DNA from: Eledone cirrhosa
Taxonomy: Eukaryota
Assembly (NCBI GenBank): GCA_964016885.1
Contig: OZ024741.1
Span: forward strand, 309,132,001-309,196,000
Reading direction: 5' to 3'
DNA: 64,000 bases
In this document: positions 29,366 to 41,500 of the stretch, in pieces
How positions within the stretch are numbered: the stretch's first letter is position 1
Layout of the letters: every line of letters starts with the position of its first letter
Notes under the pieces: generated by a model
Seen by the model: only the letters and a program-made list of their open reading frames with translations
Told to the model about the DNA's origin: nothing
Database searches by the model: none
Made by a program: the position numbers and the translations under genes

Positions 29366-29534
29366 ATACCGACACACACACACACACTACACATGCGCGC
29401 GCGCTACTGTATATATAAATATACATAGAGGAAGATAGATGGAATGACAAAGCTAGGCACGTGGACAGACAGATGGATAAATAGATAGATATGAAAGACA
29501 GTAAAATCGAAGTAAATACCTATTTGTACATATA

Positions 29535-29633
29535 CAAGGTGTCCCAAAAATGTTTACACACTTTGATTACCTGTACAAGCAATATTTATTATAAAGCTTT
29601 TGAAGTGTGTATATATTTTTGGGGGACACCTTG
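29535..29633. mobile_element. Tc1-like mini-MITE
   Basis: TA|CAAGGTGTCCCAAAAAT...ATTTTTGGGGGACACCTTG|TA; TA target duplication. Confidence 0.8.
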
Positions 29634-29753
29634 TATATAAATCACATAGATAGATAAATAGGTATTGTTATGTGTATATGCGTAGGTGAGATGTGTATAC
29701 TTGTGTACCCATGCCTGGTTGTGCGCATATATATATACATATGCACACAATGC

Positions 29754-29837
<84 letters not shown>

Positions 29838-29847
29838 ATATGCTTTC

Positions 29848-29969
29848 CTGATGATTTCCTTTCAATGAAACAGTTCTAGTCCCGTAGAAATCATTTCTAT
29901 ATTAAAAAGATCATACTCTGCTTTGTATTGAGTACCTTACTGTGGTTACCCCCGATTGAACCCTGGATA
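29848..29969 (+). mobile_element. Family C element starting at a hammerhead-like core
   Basis: CTGATGA..GAAACAGTTCTAGTC, then a tail homologous to 43847-43974 (reverse). Confidence 0.7.
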
Positions 29970-30103
29970 CACACACACACACTCATATATATATATATAT
30001 ATACATACATACATACATATATATATATATATACACACACATATTTATATATATATATATATATACACACATATTTATATATATATATACACACATATTT
30101 ATG

Positions 30104-30139
<36 letters not shown>

Positions 30140-30199
30140 CACACATATTTATGTATAGATATATATATATACATATATACACACATATATACACACATA

Positions 30200-30302
30200 A
30201 CGTCGAGGTTAACTTTGCCTTTCATCCTTATGGGGTCGATAAAATAAGGTACCAGTAATGTACTGGCTAATGGCTGGCCTTGTGCCAAAAGTAGAAACAA
30301 TA
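30200..30302 (+). mobile_element. Family 1 SINE, 5'-truncated
   Basis: GAGGTTAACTTTGCCTTTCATCCTTATGGGGTCGATAAAATAAGGTACCAGT..GCTGGCCTTGTGCCAAAAGTAGAAACAA. Confidence 0.85.
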
Positions 30303-30952
30303 TTTATGTATGTATATCTATATACACACACACACACACATTTATGTATGTATATATATATATATACACATATAATATATATATATATATAAACACACCA
30401 CACACACATGTATGTATGTATGTATGTATGTATGTATGTATGTATGTATGTATGTATGTATGTATGTATGTATACACACAGAAATATGTTCGTCTGTCTG
30501 TATTCGTGGCTCGTATTGTCCTCGTGACATATAACATGCGCACACACACACATAAAAGCTCGGATATACGTATACGTGTGTATGCATTGTAATTGTATGT
30601 GTGAGTGCAGGTTTGTATGTGTTTAGGAATGTGTGTCTCGGTATGTGTGTGTCAATATGTATCTGTACGTTTATATAGATATATATGTCTCTTTTTCACT
30701 GTATATCTGTCCAAAAGCCCGTGTGTTTGTGTGTTTACCTTTCTCTCTCTTATTCCTTCTCTTTCACTTTCTCTCTCTCACTATATATATATATATATAT
30801 CTTGCTCCATGTCTCTCTGTAATTGTGTGTATACGTGTGCTTATGCACGTGCTTCTACCTAACTCTTCGTACATACCTCATTGTCTCTACATTTGTTTCA
30901 ATGTGTCGCCGCGTTTGTACACACACATTCACTCATTCAGTTACACATCCGT

Positions 30953-30986
<34 letters not shown>

Positions 30987-31004
30987 GCAGACATTCACAC
31001 TTAG

Positions 31005-31072
<68 letters not shown>

Positions 31073-31762
31073 TACGTGTGTGTATGTCTGTCTGAGTTCC
31101 TATGCTCGAATTTCTCTATATGTATGTCTGAATGCGTGTATGTATATGTATATGTGTGAATGTAAGGGTCTGTCTGTGTGTCTGTGTGCGTGTGTGCACG
31201 CGCATGTGTATTATGATATTAATAATAAAATGGAAGACCAGCAGACGACAGACAATGCAGAAGTCGCAAAAAGAAAGAAAGAAATAGGAAGGATGCTGAC
31301 GACGAAACGACCGACCCATCAATAAATAAATACATACAACAAAAAAAAAGAAACCCCTATAAAACAAAAGCAACAAGAAGAAAACCAAAAACAACGACTA
31401 TAACAACAACAGCAACAACCATTAAAGAAATAGAAGACGCACAAGTAAAAAACAACAACAAAAAATATGAGAAATGAACGAAACGAAAGGAATTGGAAAG
31501 CCAAAAATAAATAAATGAAGGAAAAATAAAGTAAAACAGCAACAATGCCGAAGGATAAAATAAAAATAAGGAAATAACGAAATATAAATGTGAGGCCAGG
31601 CAAGGCAAGGCGAGAGAGATTTTTCTTCACTTAGCACTCCCATCTCATTTCATCCCATCCACCATCACAACCCCATTACAACCCCGGCATCACATCCTCC
31701 ACTACACTATACAACACATCACATCACAGTACAGCATAGCATAGCATTACCCTCCGCCCTCC

Positions 31763-31960
31763 ACTTACTTTGTCTTATTTTTGTCTTATATATTTTGTTG
31801 TTTGTTTTGTGTGTAAAATTTTTCGTTCAAAAGAGATGAATGAAGGCGTGGCTTTCTTGCTTTCTTCTGTCGACTCACAAGAAAAAATGGCTCGGTTTAC
31901 AAGTAAAAGCCACGTCACTGTCCAATAGAAGAAGATGAACAGAGAGACTGCCATAATATA
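31763..31960 (-). promoter_or_regulatory. Possible Pol II promoter and non-coding first exon (minus strand)
   Basis: Unique CpG-retaining stretch with GCCACGTCA (TGACGTGGC, CRE/UPRE-like, about 31909-31917), CCAAT (31922-31926), YY1-like AAAATGGC (about 31884-31891), and a minus-strand donor AA|GTAAGT at 31763-31768. Confidence 0.35.
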
Positions 31961-32506
31961 GAAAAGAAGGCTGCTTGTGTTTAGCGCTGGTTGGTGGCGC
32001 TGTCTTCGTGTTGTGCCGTGCCTTCTCTTTCACTTACTCCTCGCCTTGTTTCGCCTTGCCTTTTCCTTGACTTGCATTCGCCGTCTCCTGCCCCCTCTCT
32101 CTCTATCCTCTTCTCTCTCTACTCCTTCTCTCTACTCCCCTCTCTCAATCGCTCGCTCTCACTCTTACTCATTCTCTTCCACTTCCTCACTCTACTTACT
32201 TTGTGTTCATATTGTTGTTGTTATTGTTGTTGCCGTTATTGTTGCTTCTGTTGAGCTGATGGTTATTGAAACTGGATTTGGGGTTTTGGTTGTTGTTGCC
32301 GCTGTTGTTATTGCTATTATTATTGTTGTTGATGCTGCTGCTGTTGTTGTTGCTATTGTCGTCGTTGTTGTTGCTGTTGTTGCTGTTGATATTGTTGTTG
32401 TTGTTGCCGCTGTTACTGTTGTTTATGTTGTTGTTGTTGTTGTCAGTGTCGACGTAGTACAGTTATTACTATTACTGTTGTTGTTGCCATTACTGCTTTT
32501 GTTGTA

Positions 32507-35500
32507 GTTGTTGTTGTCAGTGTCGAGGTAGTGTAGTTGTTACTGTTGCTGTCAGTGTCGAGGTAGTGTAGTTGTTACTGTTGTTGTCAGTGTCGAGGTA
32601 GTGCAGTTGTTACTGTTGCTGTCAGTGTCGAGGTAGTGTAGTTGTTACTGTTGCTGTCAGTGTCGAGGTAGTGTAGTTGTTACTGTTGTTGTCAGTGTCG
32701 AGGTAGTGTAGTTGTTACTGTTGTTGTCAGTGTCGAGGTAGTGTAGTTGTTACTGTTGCTGTCAGTGTCGAGGTAGTGTAGTTGTTACTGTTGTTGTCAG
32801 TGTCGAGGTAGTGCAGTTGTTACTGTTGCTGTCAGTGTCGAGGTAGTGTAGTTGTTACTGTTGCTGTCAGTGTCGAGGTAGTGTAGTTGTTACTGTTGTT
32901 GTCAGTGTCGAGGTAGTGTAGTTGTTACTGTTGCTGTCAGTGTCGAGGTAGTGTATTTGTTACTGTTGTTGTCAGTGTCGAGGTAGTGTATTTGTTACTG
33001 TTGTTGTCAGTGTCGAGGTAGTGTAGTTGTTACTGTTGTTGTCAGTGTCGAGGTAGTGTAGTTGTTACTGTTGCTGTCAGTGTCGAGGTAGTGTAGTTGT
33101 TACTGTTGCTGTCAGTGTCGAGGTAGTGTAGTTGTTACTGTTGTTGTCAGTGTCGAGGTAGTGTAGTTGTTACTGTTGCTGTCAGTGTCGAGGTAGTGTA
33201 GTTGTTACTGTTGCTGTCAGTGTCGAGGTAGTGTAGTTGTTACTGTTGCTGTCAGTGTCGAGGTAGTGTAGTTGTTACTGTTGTTGTCAGTGTCGAGGTA
33301 GTGTAGTTGTTACTGTTGCTGTCAGTGTCGAGGTAGTGTATTTGTTACTGTTGTTGTCAGTGTCGAGGTAGTGTATTTGTTACTGTTGTTGTCAGTGTCG
33401 AGGTAGTGTAGTTGTTACTGTTGTTGTCAGTGTCGAGGTAGTGTAGTTGTTACTGTTGCTGTCAGTGTCGAGGTAGTGTAGTTGTTACTGTTGTTGTCAG
33501 TGTCGAGGTAGTGTAGTTGTTACTGTTGCTGTCAGTGTCGAGGTAGTGTAGTTGTTACTGTTGTTGTCAGTGTCGAGGTAGTGTAGTTGTTACTGTTGCT
33601 GTCAGTGTCGAGGTAGTGTAGTTGTTACTGTTGTTGTCAGTGTCGAGGTAGTGTAGTTGTTACTGTTGCTGTCAGTGTCGAGGTAGTGTAGTTGTTACTG
33701 TTGTTGTCAGTGTCGAGGTAGTGTAGTTGTTACTGTTGTTGTCAGTGTCGAGGTAGTGTAGTTGTTACTGTTGCTGTCAGTGTCGAGGTAGTGTAGTTGT
33801 TACTGTTGCTGTCAGTGTCGAGGTAGTGTAGTTGTTACTGTTGCTGTCAGTGTCGAGGTAGTGTAGTTGTTACTGTTGCTGTCAGTGTCGAGGTAGTGTA
33901 GTTGTTACTGTTGCTGTCAGTGTCGAGGTAGTGTAGTTGTTACTGTTGTTGTCAGTGTCGAGGTAGTGTAGTTGTTACTGTTGTTGTCAGTGTCGAGGTA
34001 GTGTAGTTGTTACTGTTGCTGTCAGTGTCGAGGTAGTGTAGTTGTTACTGTTGCTGTCAGTGTCGAGGTAGTGTAGTTGTTACTGTTGTTGTCAGTGTCG
34101 AGGTAGTGTAGTTGTTACTGTTGTTGTCAGTGTCGAGGTAGTGTAGTTGTTACTGTTGTTGTCAGTGTCGAGGTAGTGTAGTTGTTACTGTTGCTGTCAG
34201 TGTCGAGGTAGTGTAGTTGTTACTGTTGTTGCCAGTGTCGAGGTAGTGTAGTTGTTACTGTTGCTGTCAGTGTCGAGGTAGTGTTAGTTGTTACTGTTGT
34301 TGCCAGTGTCGAGGTAGTGTAGTTGTTACTGTTGTTGTCAGTGTCGAGGTAGTGTAGTTGTTACTGTTGTTGTCAGTGTCGAGGTAGTGTAGTTGTTACT
34401 GTTGTTGTCAGTGTCGAGGTAGTGTTAGTTGTTACTGTTGTTGTCAGTGTCGAGGTAGTGTTAGTTGTTACTGTTGTTGTCAGTGTCGAGGTAGTGTTAG
34501 TTGTTACTGTTGTTGCCAGTGTCGAGGTAGTGTAGTTGTTACTGTTGCTGTCAGTGTCGAGGTAGTGTAGTTGTTACTGTTGTTGTCAGTGTCGAGGTAG
34601 TGTAGTTGTTACTGTTGCTGTCAGTGTCGAGGTAGTGTAGTTGTTACTGTTGCTGTCAGTGTCGAGGTAGTGTAGTTGTTATTGTTGTTGCCAGTGTCGA
34701 GGTAGTGTAGTTGTTACTGTTGTTGTCAGTGTCGAGGTAGTGTAGTTGTTACTGTTGTTGTCAGTGTCGAGGTAGTGTAGTTGTTACTGTTGCTGTCAGT
34801 GTCGAGGTAGTGTAGTTGTTACTGTTGCTGTCAGTGTCGAGGTAGTGTAGTTGTTACTGTTGTTGTCAGTGTCGAGGTAGTGTAGTTGTTACTGTTGTTG
34901 TCAGTGTCGAGGTAGTGTAGTTGTTACTGTTGTTGTCAGTGTCGAGGTAGTGTAGTTGTTACTGTTGTTGTCAGTGTCGAGGTAGTGTAGTTGTTACTGT
35001 TGCTGTCAGTGTCGAGGTAGTGTAGTTGTTACTGTTGTTGTCAGTGTCGAGGTAGTGTAGTTGTTACAGTTGTTGTCAGTGTCGAGGTAGTGTAGTTGTT
35101 ACTGTTGTTGCCAGTGTCGAGGTAGTGTAGTTGTTACTGTTGTTGTCAGTGTCGAGATAGTGTAGTTGTTACTGTTGTTGTCAGTGTCGAGGTAGTGTAG
35201 TTGTTACTGTTGTTGTCAGTGTCGAGGTAGTGTAGTTGTTACTGTTGTTGCCAGTGTCGAGGTAGTGTATTTGTTACTGTTGTTGCCAGTGTCGAGGTAG
35301 TGTATTTGTTACTGTTGTTGCCAGTGTCGAGGTAGTGTATTTGTTACTGTTGTTGCCAGTGTCGAGGTAGTGTATTTGTTACTGTTGTTGCCAGTGTCGA
35401 GGTAGTGTATTTGTTACTGTTGTTGTCAGTGTCGAGGTAGTGTATTTGTTACTGTTGTTGCCAGTGTCGAGGTAGTGTAGTTGTTACTGTTGTTGCCAGT

Positions 35501-38500
35501 GTCGAGGTAGTGTATTTGTTACTGTTGTTGCCAGTGTCGAGGTAGTGTATTTGTTACTGTTGTTGTCAGTGTCGAGGTAGTGTAGTTGTTACTGTTGTTG
35601 CCAGTGTCGAGGTAGTGTATTTGTTACTGTTGTTGTCAGTGTCGAGGTAGTGTAGTTGTTACTGTTGTTGCCAGTGTCGAGGTAGTGTATTTGTTACTGT
35701 TGCTGTCAGTGTCGAGGTAGTGTAGTTGTTACTGTTGTTGCCAGTGTCGAGGTAGTGTAGTTGTTACTGTTGCTGTCAGTGTCGAGGTAGTGTAGTTGTT
35801 GCTGTCAGTGTCGAGGTAGTGTAGTTGTTACTGTTGTTGTCAGTGTCGAGATAGTGTAGTTGTTACTGTTGTTGTCAGTGTCGAGGTAGTGTAGTTGTTA
35901 CTGTTGTTGTCAGTGTCGAGGTAGTGTAGTTGTTACTGTTGTTGCCAGTGTCGAGGTAGTGTAGTTGTTACTGTTGCTGTCAGTGTCGAGGTAGTGTAGT
36001 TGTTACTGTTGCTGTCAGTGTCGAGGTAGTGTAGTTGTTACTGTTGTTGCCAGTGTCGAGGTAGTGTAGTTGTTACTGTTGTTGTCAGTGTCGAGGTAGT
36101 GTAGTTGTTGCTGTCAGTGTCGAGGTAGTGTAGTTGTTACTGTTGTTGTCAATGTCGAGGTAGTGTAGTTGTTACTGTTGCTGTCAGTGTCGAGGTAGTG
36201 TAGTTGTTACTGTTGTTGCCAGTGTCGAGGTAGTGTAGTTGTTACTGTTGTTGTCAGTGTCGAGGTAGTGTAGTTGTTACTGTTGTTGTCAGTGTCGAGG
36301 TAGTGTATTTGTTACTGTTGTTGTCAGTGTCGAGGTAGTGTAGTTGTTACTGTTGTTGTCAGTGTCGAGGTAGTGTATTTGTTACTGTTGTTGTCAGTGT
36401 CGAGGTAGTGTAGTTGTTACTGTTGTTGTCAGTGTCGAGGTAGTGTAGTTGTTACTGTTGTTGCAGTGTCGAGGTAGTGTAGTTGTTACTGTTGTTGTCA
36501 GTGTCGAGGTAGTGTATTTGTTACTGTTGTTGTCAGTGTCGAGGTAGTGTAGTTGTTACTGTTGTTGTCAGTGTCGAGATAGTGTAGTTGTTACTGTTGT
36601 TGCCAGTGTCGAGGTAGTGTAGTTGTTACTGTTGTTGTCAGTGTCGAGGTAGTGTTAGTTGTTACTGTTGTTGTCAGTGTCGAGGTAGTGTAGTTGTTAC
36701 TGTTGTTGCCAGTGTCGAGGTAGTGTAGTTGTTACTGTTGCTGTCAGTGTCGAGGTAGTGTTAGTTGTTACTGTTGCTGTCAGTGTCGAGGTAGTGTAGT
36801 TGTTACTGTTGTTGTCAGTGTCGAGGTAGTGTAGTTGTTACTGTTGTTGTCAGTGTCGAGGTAGTGTAGTTGTTACTGTTGTTGCCAGTGTCGAGGTAGT
36901 GTAGTTGTTACTGTTGTTGTCAGTGTCGAGGTAGTGTTAGTTGTTACTGTTGTTGTCAGTGTCGAGGTAGTGTAGTTGTTACTGTTGTTGCCAGTGTCGA
37001 GGTAGTGTAGTTGTTACTGTTGCTGTCAGTGTCGAGGTAGTGTTAGTTGTTACTGTTGCTTGTCAGTGTCGAGGTAGTGTAGTTGTTACTGTTGTTGTCA
37101 GTGTCGAGGTAGTGTAGTTGTTACTGTTGTTGCCAGTGTCGAGGTAGTGTAGTTGTTACTGTTGTTGTCAGTGTCGAGGTAGTGTAGTTGTTACTGTTGT
37201 CTGTCCAGTGTCGAGGTAGTGTAGTTGTTACTGTTGCTGTCAGTGTCGAGGTAGTGTAGTTGTTACTGTTGTTGCCAGTGTCGAGGTAGTGTAGTTGTTA
37301 CTGTTGTTGTCAGTGTCGAGGTAGTGTAGTTGTTGCTGTCAGTGTCGAGGTAGTGTAGTTGTTACTGTTGTTGTCAGTGTCGAGGTAGTGTAGTTGTTAC
37401 TGTTGTTGTCAGTGTCGAGGTAGTGTAGTTGTTACTGTTGTTGTCAGTGTCGAGGTAGTGTAGTTGTTACTGTTGCTGTCAGTGTCGAGGTAGTGTAGTT
37501 GTTACTGTTGCTGTCAGTGTCGAGGTAGTGTAGTTGTTACTGTTGTTGCCAGTGTCGAGGTAGTGTAGTTGTTACTGTTGTTGTCAGTGTCGAGGTAGTG
37601 TAGTTGTTGCTGTCAGTGTCGAGGTAGTGTAGTTGTTACTGTTGTTGTCAGTGTCGAGGTAGTGTAGTTGTTACTGTTGCTGTCAGTGTCGAGGTAGTGT
37701 AGTTGTTACTGTTGTTGTCAGTGTCGAGGTAGTGTAGTTGTTACTGTTGTTGTCAGTGTCGAGGTAGTGTAGTTGTTACTGTTGTTGTCAGTGTCGAGGT
37801 AGTGTATTTGTTACTGTTGTTGTCAGTGTCGAGGTAGTGTAGTTGTTACTGTTGTTGTCAGTGTCGAGGTAGTGTAGTTGTTACTGTTGTTGTCAGTGTC
37901 GAGGTAGTGTAGTTGTTACTGTTGTTGTCAGTGTCGAGGTAGTGTAGTTGTTACTGTTGTTGTCAGTGTCGAGGTAGTGTATTTGTTACTGTTGTTGTCA
38001 GTGTCGAGGTAGTGTAGTTGTTACTGTTGTTGTCAGTGTCGAGGTAGTGTAGTTGTTACTGTTGTTGTCAGTGTCGAGGTAGTGTAGTTGTTACTGTTGT
38101 TGTCAGTGTCGAGGTAGTGTAGTTGTTACTGTTGTTGTCAGTGTCGAGGTAGTGTAGTTGTTACTGTTGTTGTCAGTGTCGAGGTAGTGTAGTTGTTACT
38201 GTTGTTGTCAGTGTCGAGGTAGTGTAGTTGTTACTGTTGTTGTCAGTGTCGAGGTAGTGTAGTTGTTACTGTTGTTGCAGTGTCGAGGTAGTGTAGTTGT
38301 TACTGTTGTTGTCAGTGTCGAGGTAGTGTAGTTGTTACTGTTGTTGTCAGTGTCGAGGTAGTGTAGTTGTTACTGTTGTTGCCAGTGTCGAGGTAGTGTA
38401 GTTGTTACTGTTGCTGTCAGTGTCGAGGTAGTGTAGTTGTTACTGTTGCTGTCAGTGTCGAGGTAGTGTAGTTGTTACTGTTGTTGTCAGTGTCGAGGTA

Positions 38501-41500
38501 GTGTAGTTGTTACTGTTGTTGTCAGTGTCGAGGTAGTGTAGTTGTTACTGTTGTTGTCAGTGTCGAGGTAGTGTAGTTGTTACTGTTGCTGTCAGTGTCG
38601 AGGTAGTGTAGTTGTTACTGTTGTGTCAGTGTCGAGGTAGTGTAGTTGTTACTGTTGTTGTCAGTGTCGAGGTAGTGTAGTTGTTACTGTTGTTGTCAGT
38701 GTCGAGGTAGTGTAGTTGTTACTGTTGTTGTCAGTGTCGAGGTAGTGTAGTTGTTACTGTTGCTGTCAGTGTCGAGGTAGTGTAGTTGTTACTGTTGTTG
38801 TCAGTGTCGAGGTAGTGTAGTTGTTACTGTTGTTGCCAGTGTCGAGGTAGTGTAGTTGTTACTGTTGCTGTCAGTGTCGAGATAGTGTAGTTGTTACTGT
38901 TGTTGTCAGTGTCGAGGTAGTGTAGTTGTTACTGTTGCTGTCAGTGTCGAGGTAGTGTAGTTGTTACTGTTGTTGTCAGTGTCGAGGTAGTGTAGTTGTT
39001 ACTGTTGCTGTCAGTGTCGAGATAGTGTAGTTGTTACTGTTGTTGTCAGTGTCGAGGTAGTGTAGTTGTTACTGTTGCTGTCAGTGTCGAGGTAGTGTAG
39101 TTGTTACTGTTGTTGTCAGTGTCGAGGTAGTGTAGTTGTTACTGTTGCTGTCAGTGTCGAGATAGTGTAGTTGTTACTGTTGTTGTCAGTGTCGAGGTAG
39201 TGTAGTTGTTACTGTTGCTGTCAGTGTCGAGGTAGTGTAGTTGTTACTGTTGTTGTCAGTGTCGAGGTAGTGTAGTTGTTACTGTTGTTGTCAGTGTCGA
39301 GGTAGTGTAGTTGTTACTGTTGTTGTCAGTGTCGAGGTAGTGTAGTTGTTACTGTTGTTGTCAGTGTCGAGGTAGTGTAGTTGTTACTGTTGTTGTCAGT
39401 GTCGAGGTAGTGTAGTTGTTACTGTTGCTGTCAGTGTCGAGATAGTGTAGTTGTTACTGTTGTTGTCAGTGTCGAGGTAGTGTAGTTGTTACTGTTGCTG
39501 TCAGTGTCGAGGTAGTGTAGTTGTTACTGTTGTTGTCAGTGTCGAGGTAGTGTAGTTGTTACTGTTGCTGTCAGTGTCGAGGATAGTGTAGTTGTTACTG
39601 TTGTTGTCAGTGTCGAGGTAGTGTAGTTGTTACTGTTGCTGTCAGTGTCGAGGTAGTGTAGTTGTTACTGTTGTTGTCAGTGTCGAGGTAGTGTAGTTGT
39701 TACTGTTGTTGTCAGTGTCGAGGTAGTGTAGTTGTTACTGTTGCTGTCAGTGTCGAGGTAGTGTAGTTGTTACTGTTGTTGTCAGTGTCGAGGTAGTGTA
39801 GTTGTTACTGTTGTTGTCAGTGTCGAGGTAGTGTAGTTGTTACTGTTGTTGTCAGTGTCGAGGTAGTGTAGTTGTTACTGTTGCTTGTCAGTGTCGAGGT
39901 AGTGTAGTTGTTACTGTTGTTGTCAGTGTCGAGGTAGTGTAGTTGTTACTGTTGCTGTCAGTGTCGAGGTAGTGTAGTTGTTACTGTTGTTGTCAGTGTC
40001 GAGGTAGTGTAGTTGTTACTGTTGCTGTCAGTGTCGAGGTAGTGTAGTTGTTACTGTTGTTGTCAGTGTCGAGGTAGTGTAGTTGTTACTGTTGCTGTCA
40101 GTGTCGAGGTAGTGTAGTTGTTACTGTTGTTGTCAGTGTCGAGGTAGTGTAGTTGTTACTGTTGTTGTCAGTGTCGAGGTAGTGCAGTTGTTACTGTTGT
40201 TGTCAGTGTCGAGGTAGTGTAGTTGTTACTGTTGTTGTCAGTGTCGAGGTAGTGTAGTTGTTACTGTTGTTGTCAGTGTCGAGGTAGTGTAGTTGTTACT
40301 GTTGTTGTCAGTGTCGAGGTAGTGTAGTTGTTACTGTTGTTGTCAGTGTCGAGGTAGTGTAGTTGTTACTGTTGTTGTCAGTGTCGAGGTAGTGCAGTTG
40401 TTACTGTTGTTGTCAGTGTCGAGGTAGTGTAGTTGTTACTGTTGTTGTCAGTGTCGAGGTAGTGTAGTTGTTACTGTTGTTGTCAGTGTCGAGGTAGTGT
40501 AGTTGTTACTGTTGTTGTCAGTGTCGAGGTAGTGTAGTTGTTACTGTTGTTGTCAGTGTCGAGGTAGTGTAGTTGTTACTGTTGTTGCCAGTGTCGAGGT
40601 AGTGCAAGTTGTTACTGTTGTTGTCAGTGTCGAGGTAGTGTAGTTGTTACTGTTGTTGTCAGTGTCGAGGTAGTGTAGTTGTTACTGTTGTTGTCAGTGT
40701 CGAGGTAGTGTAGTTGTTACTGTTGTTCAGTGTCGAGGTAGTGTAGTTGTTACTGTTGTTGTCAGTGTCGAGGTAGTGTAGTTGTTACTGTTGTTGTCAG
40801 TGTCGAGGTAGTGTAGTTGTTACTGTTGTTGTCAGTGTCGAGGTAGTGTAGTTGTTACTGTTGTTGTCAGTGTCGAGGTAGTGTAGTTGTTACTGTTGTT
40901 GTCAGTGTCGAGATAGTGTAGTTGTTACTGTTGTTGTCAGTGTCGAGATAGTGTAGTTGTTACTGTTGTTGTCAGTGTCGAGGTAGTGTTAGTTGTTACT
41001 GTTGTTGTCAGTGTCGAGGTAGTGTAGTTGTTACTGTTGTTGTCAGTGTCGAGATAGTGTAGTTGTTACTGTTGTTGCCAGTGTCGAGGTAGTGTAGTTG
41101 TTACTGTTGCTGTCAGTGTCGAGGTAGTGTAGTTGTTACTGTTGTTGTCAGTGTCGAGGTAGTGTAGTTGTTACTGTTGTTGCCAGTGTCGAGGTAGTGT
41201 AGTTGTTACTGTTGTTGTCAGTGTCGAGGTAGTGTAGTTGTTACTGTTGCTGTCAGTGTCGAGGTAGTGTAGTTGTTACTGTTGCTGTCAGTGTCGAGGT
41301 AGTGTAGTTGTTACTGTTGTTGTCAGTGTCGAGGTAGTGTAGTTGTTACTGTTGTTGTCAGTGTCGAGGTAGTGTAGTTGTTACTGTTGTTGTCAGTGTC
41401 GAGGTAGTGTAGTTGTTACTGTTGTTGTCAGTGTCGAGGTAGTGTAGTTGTTACTGTTGTTGTCAGTGTCGAGGTAGTGTAGTTGTTACTGTTGTTGTCA

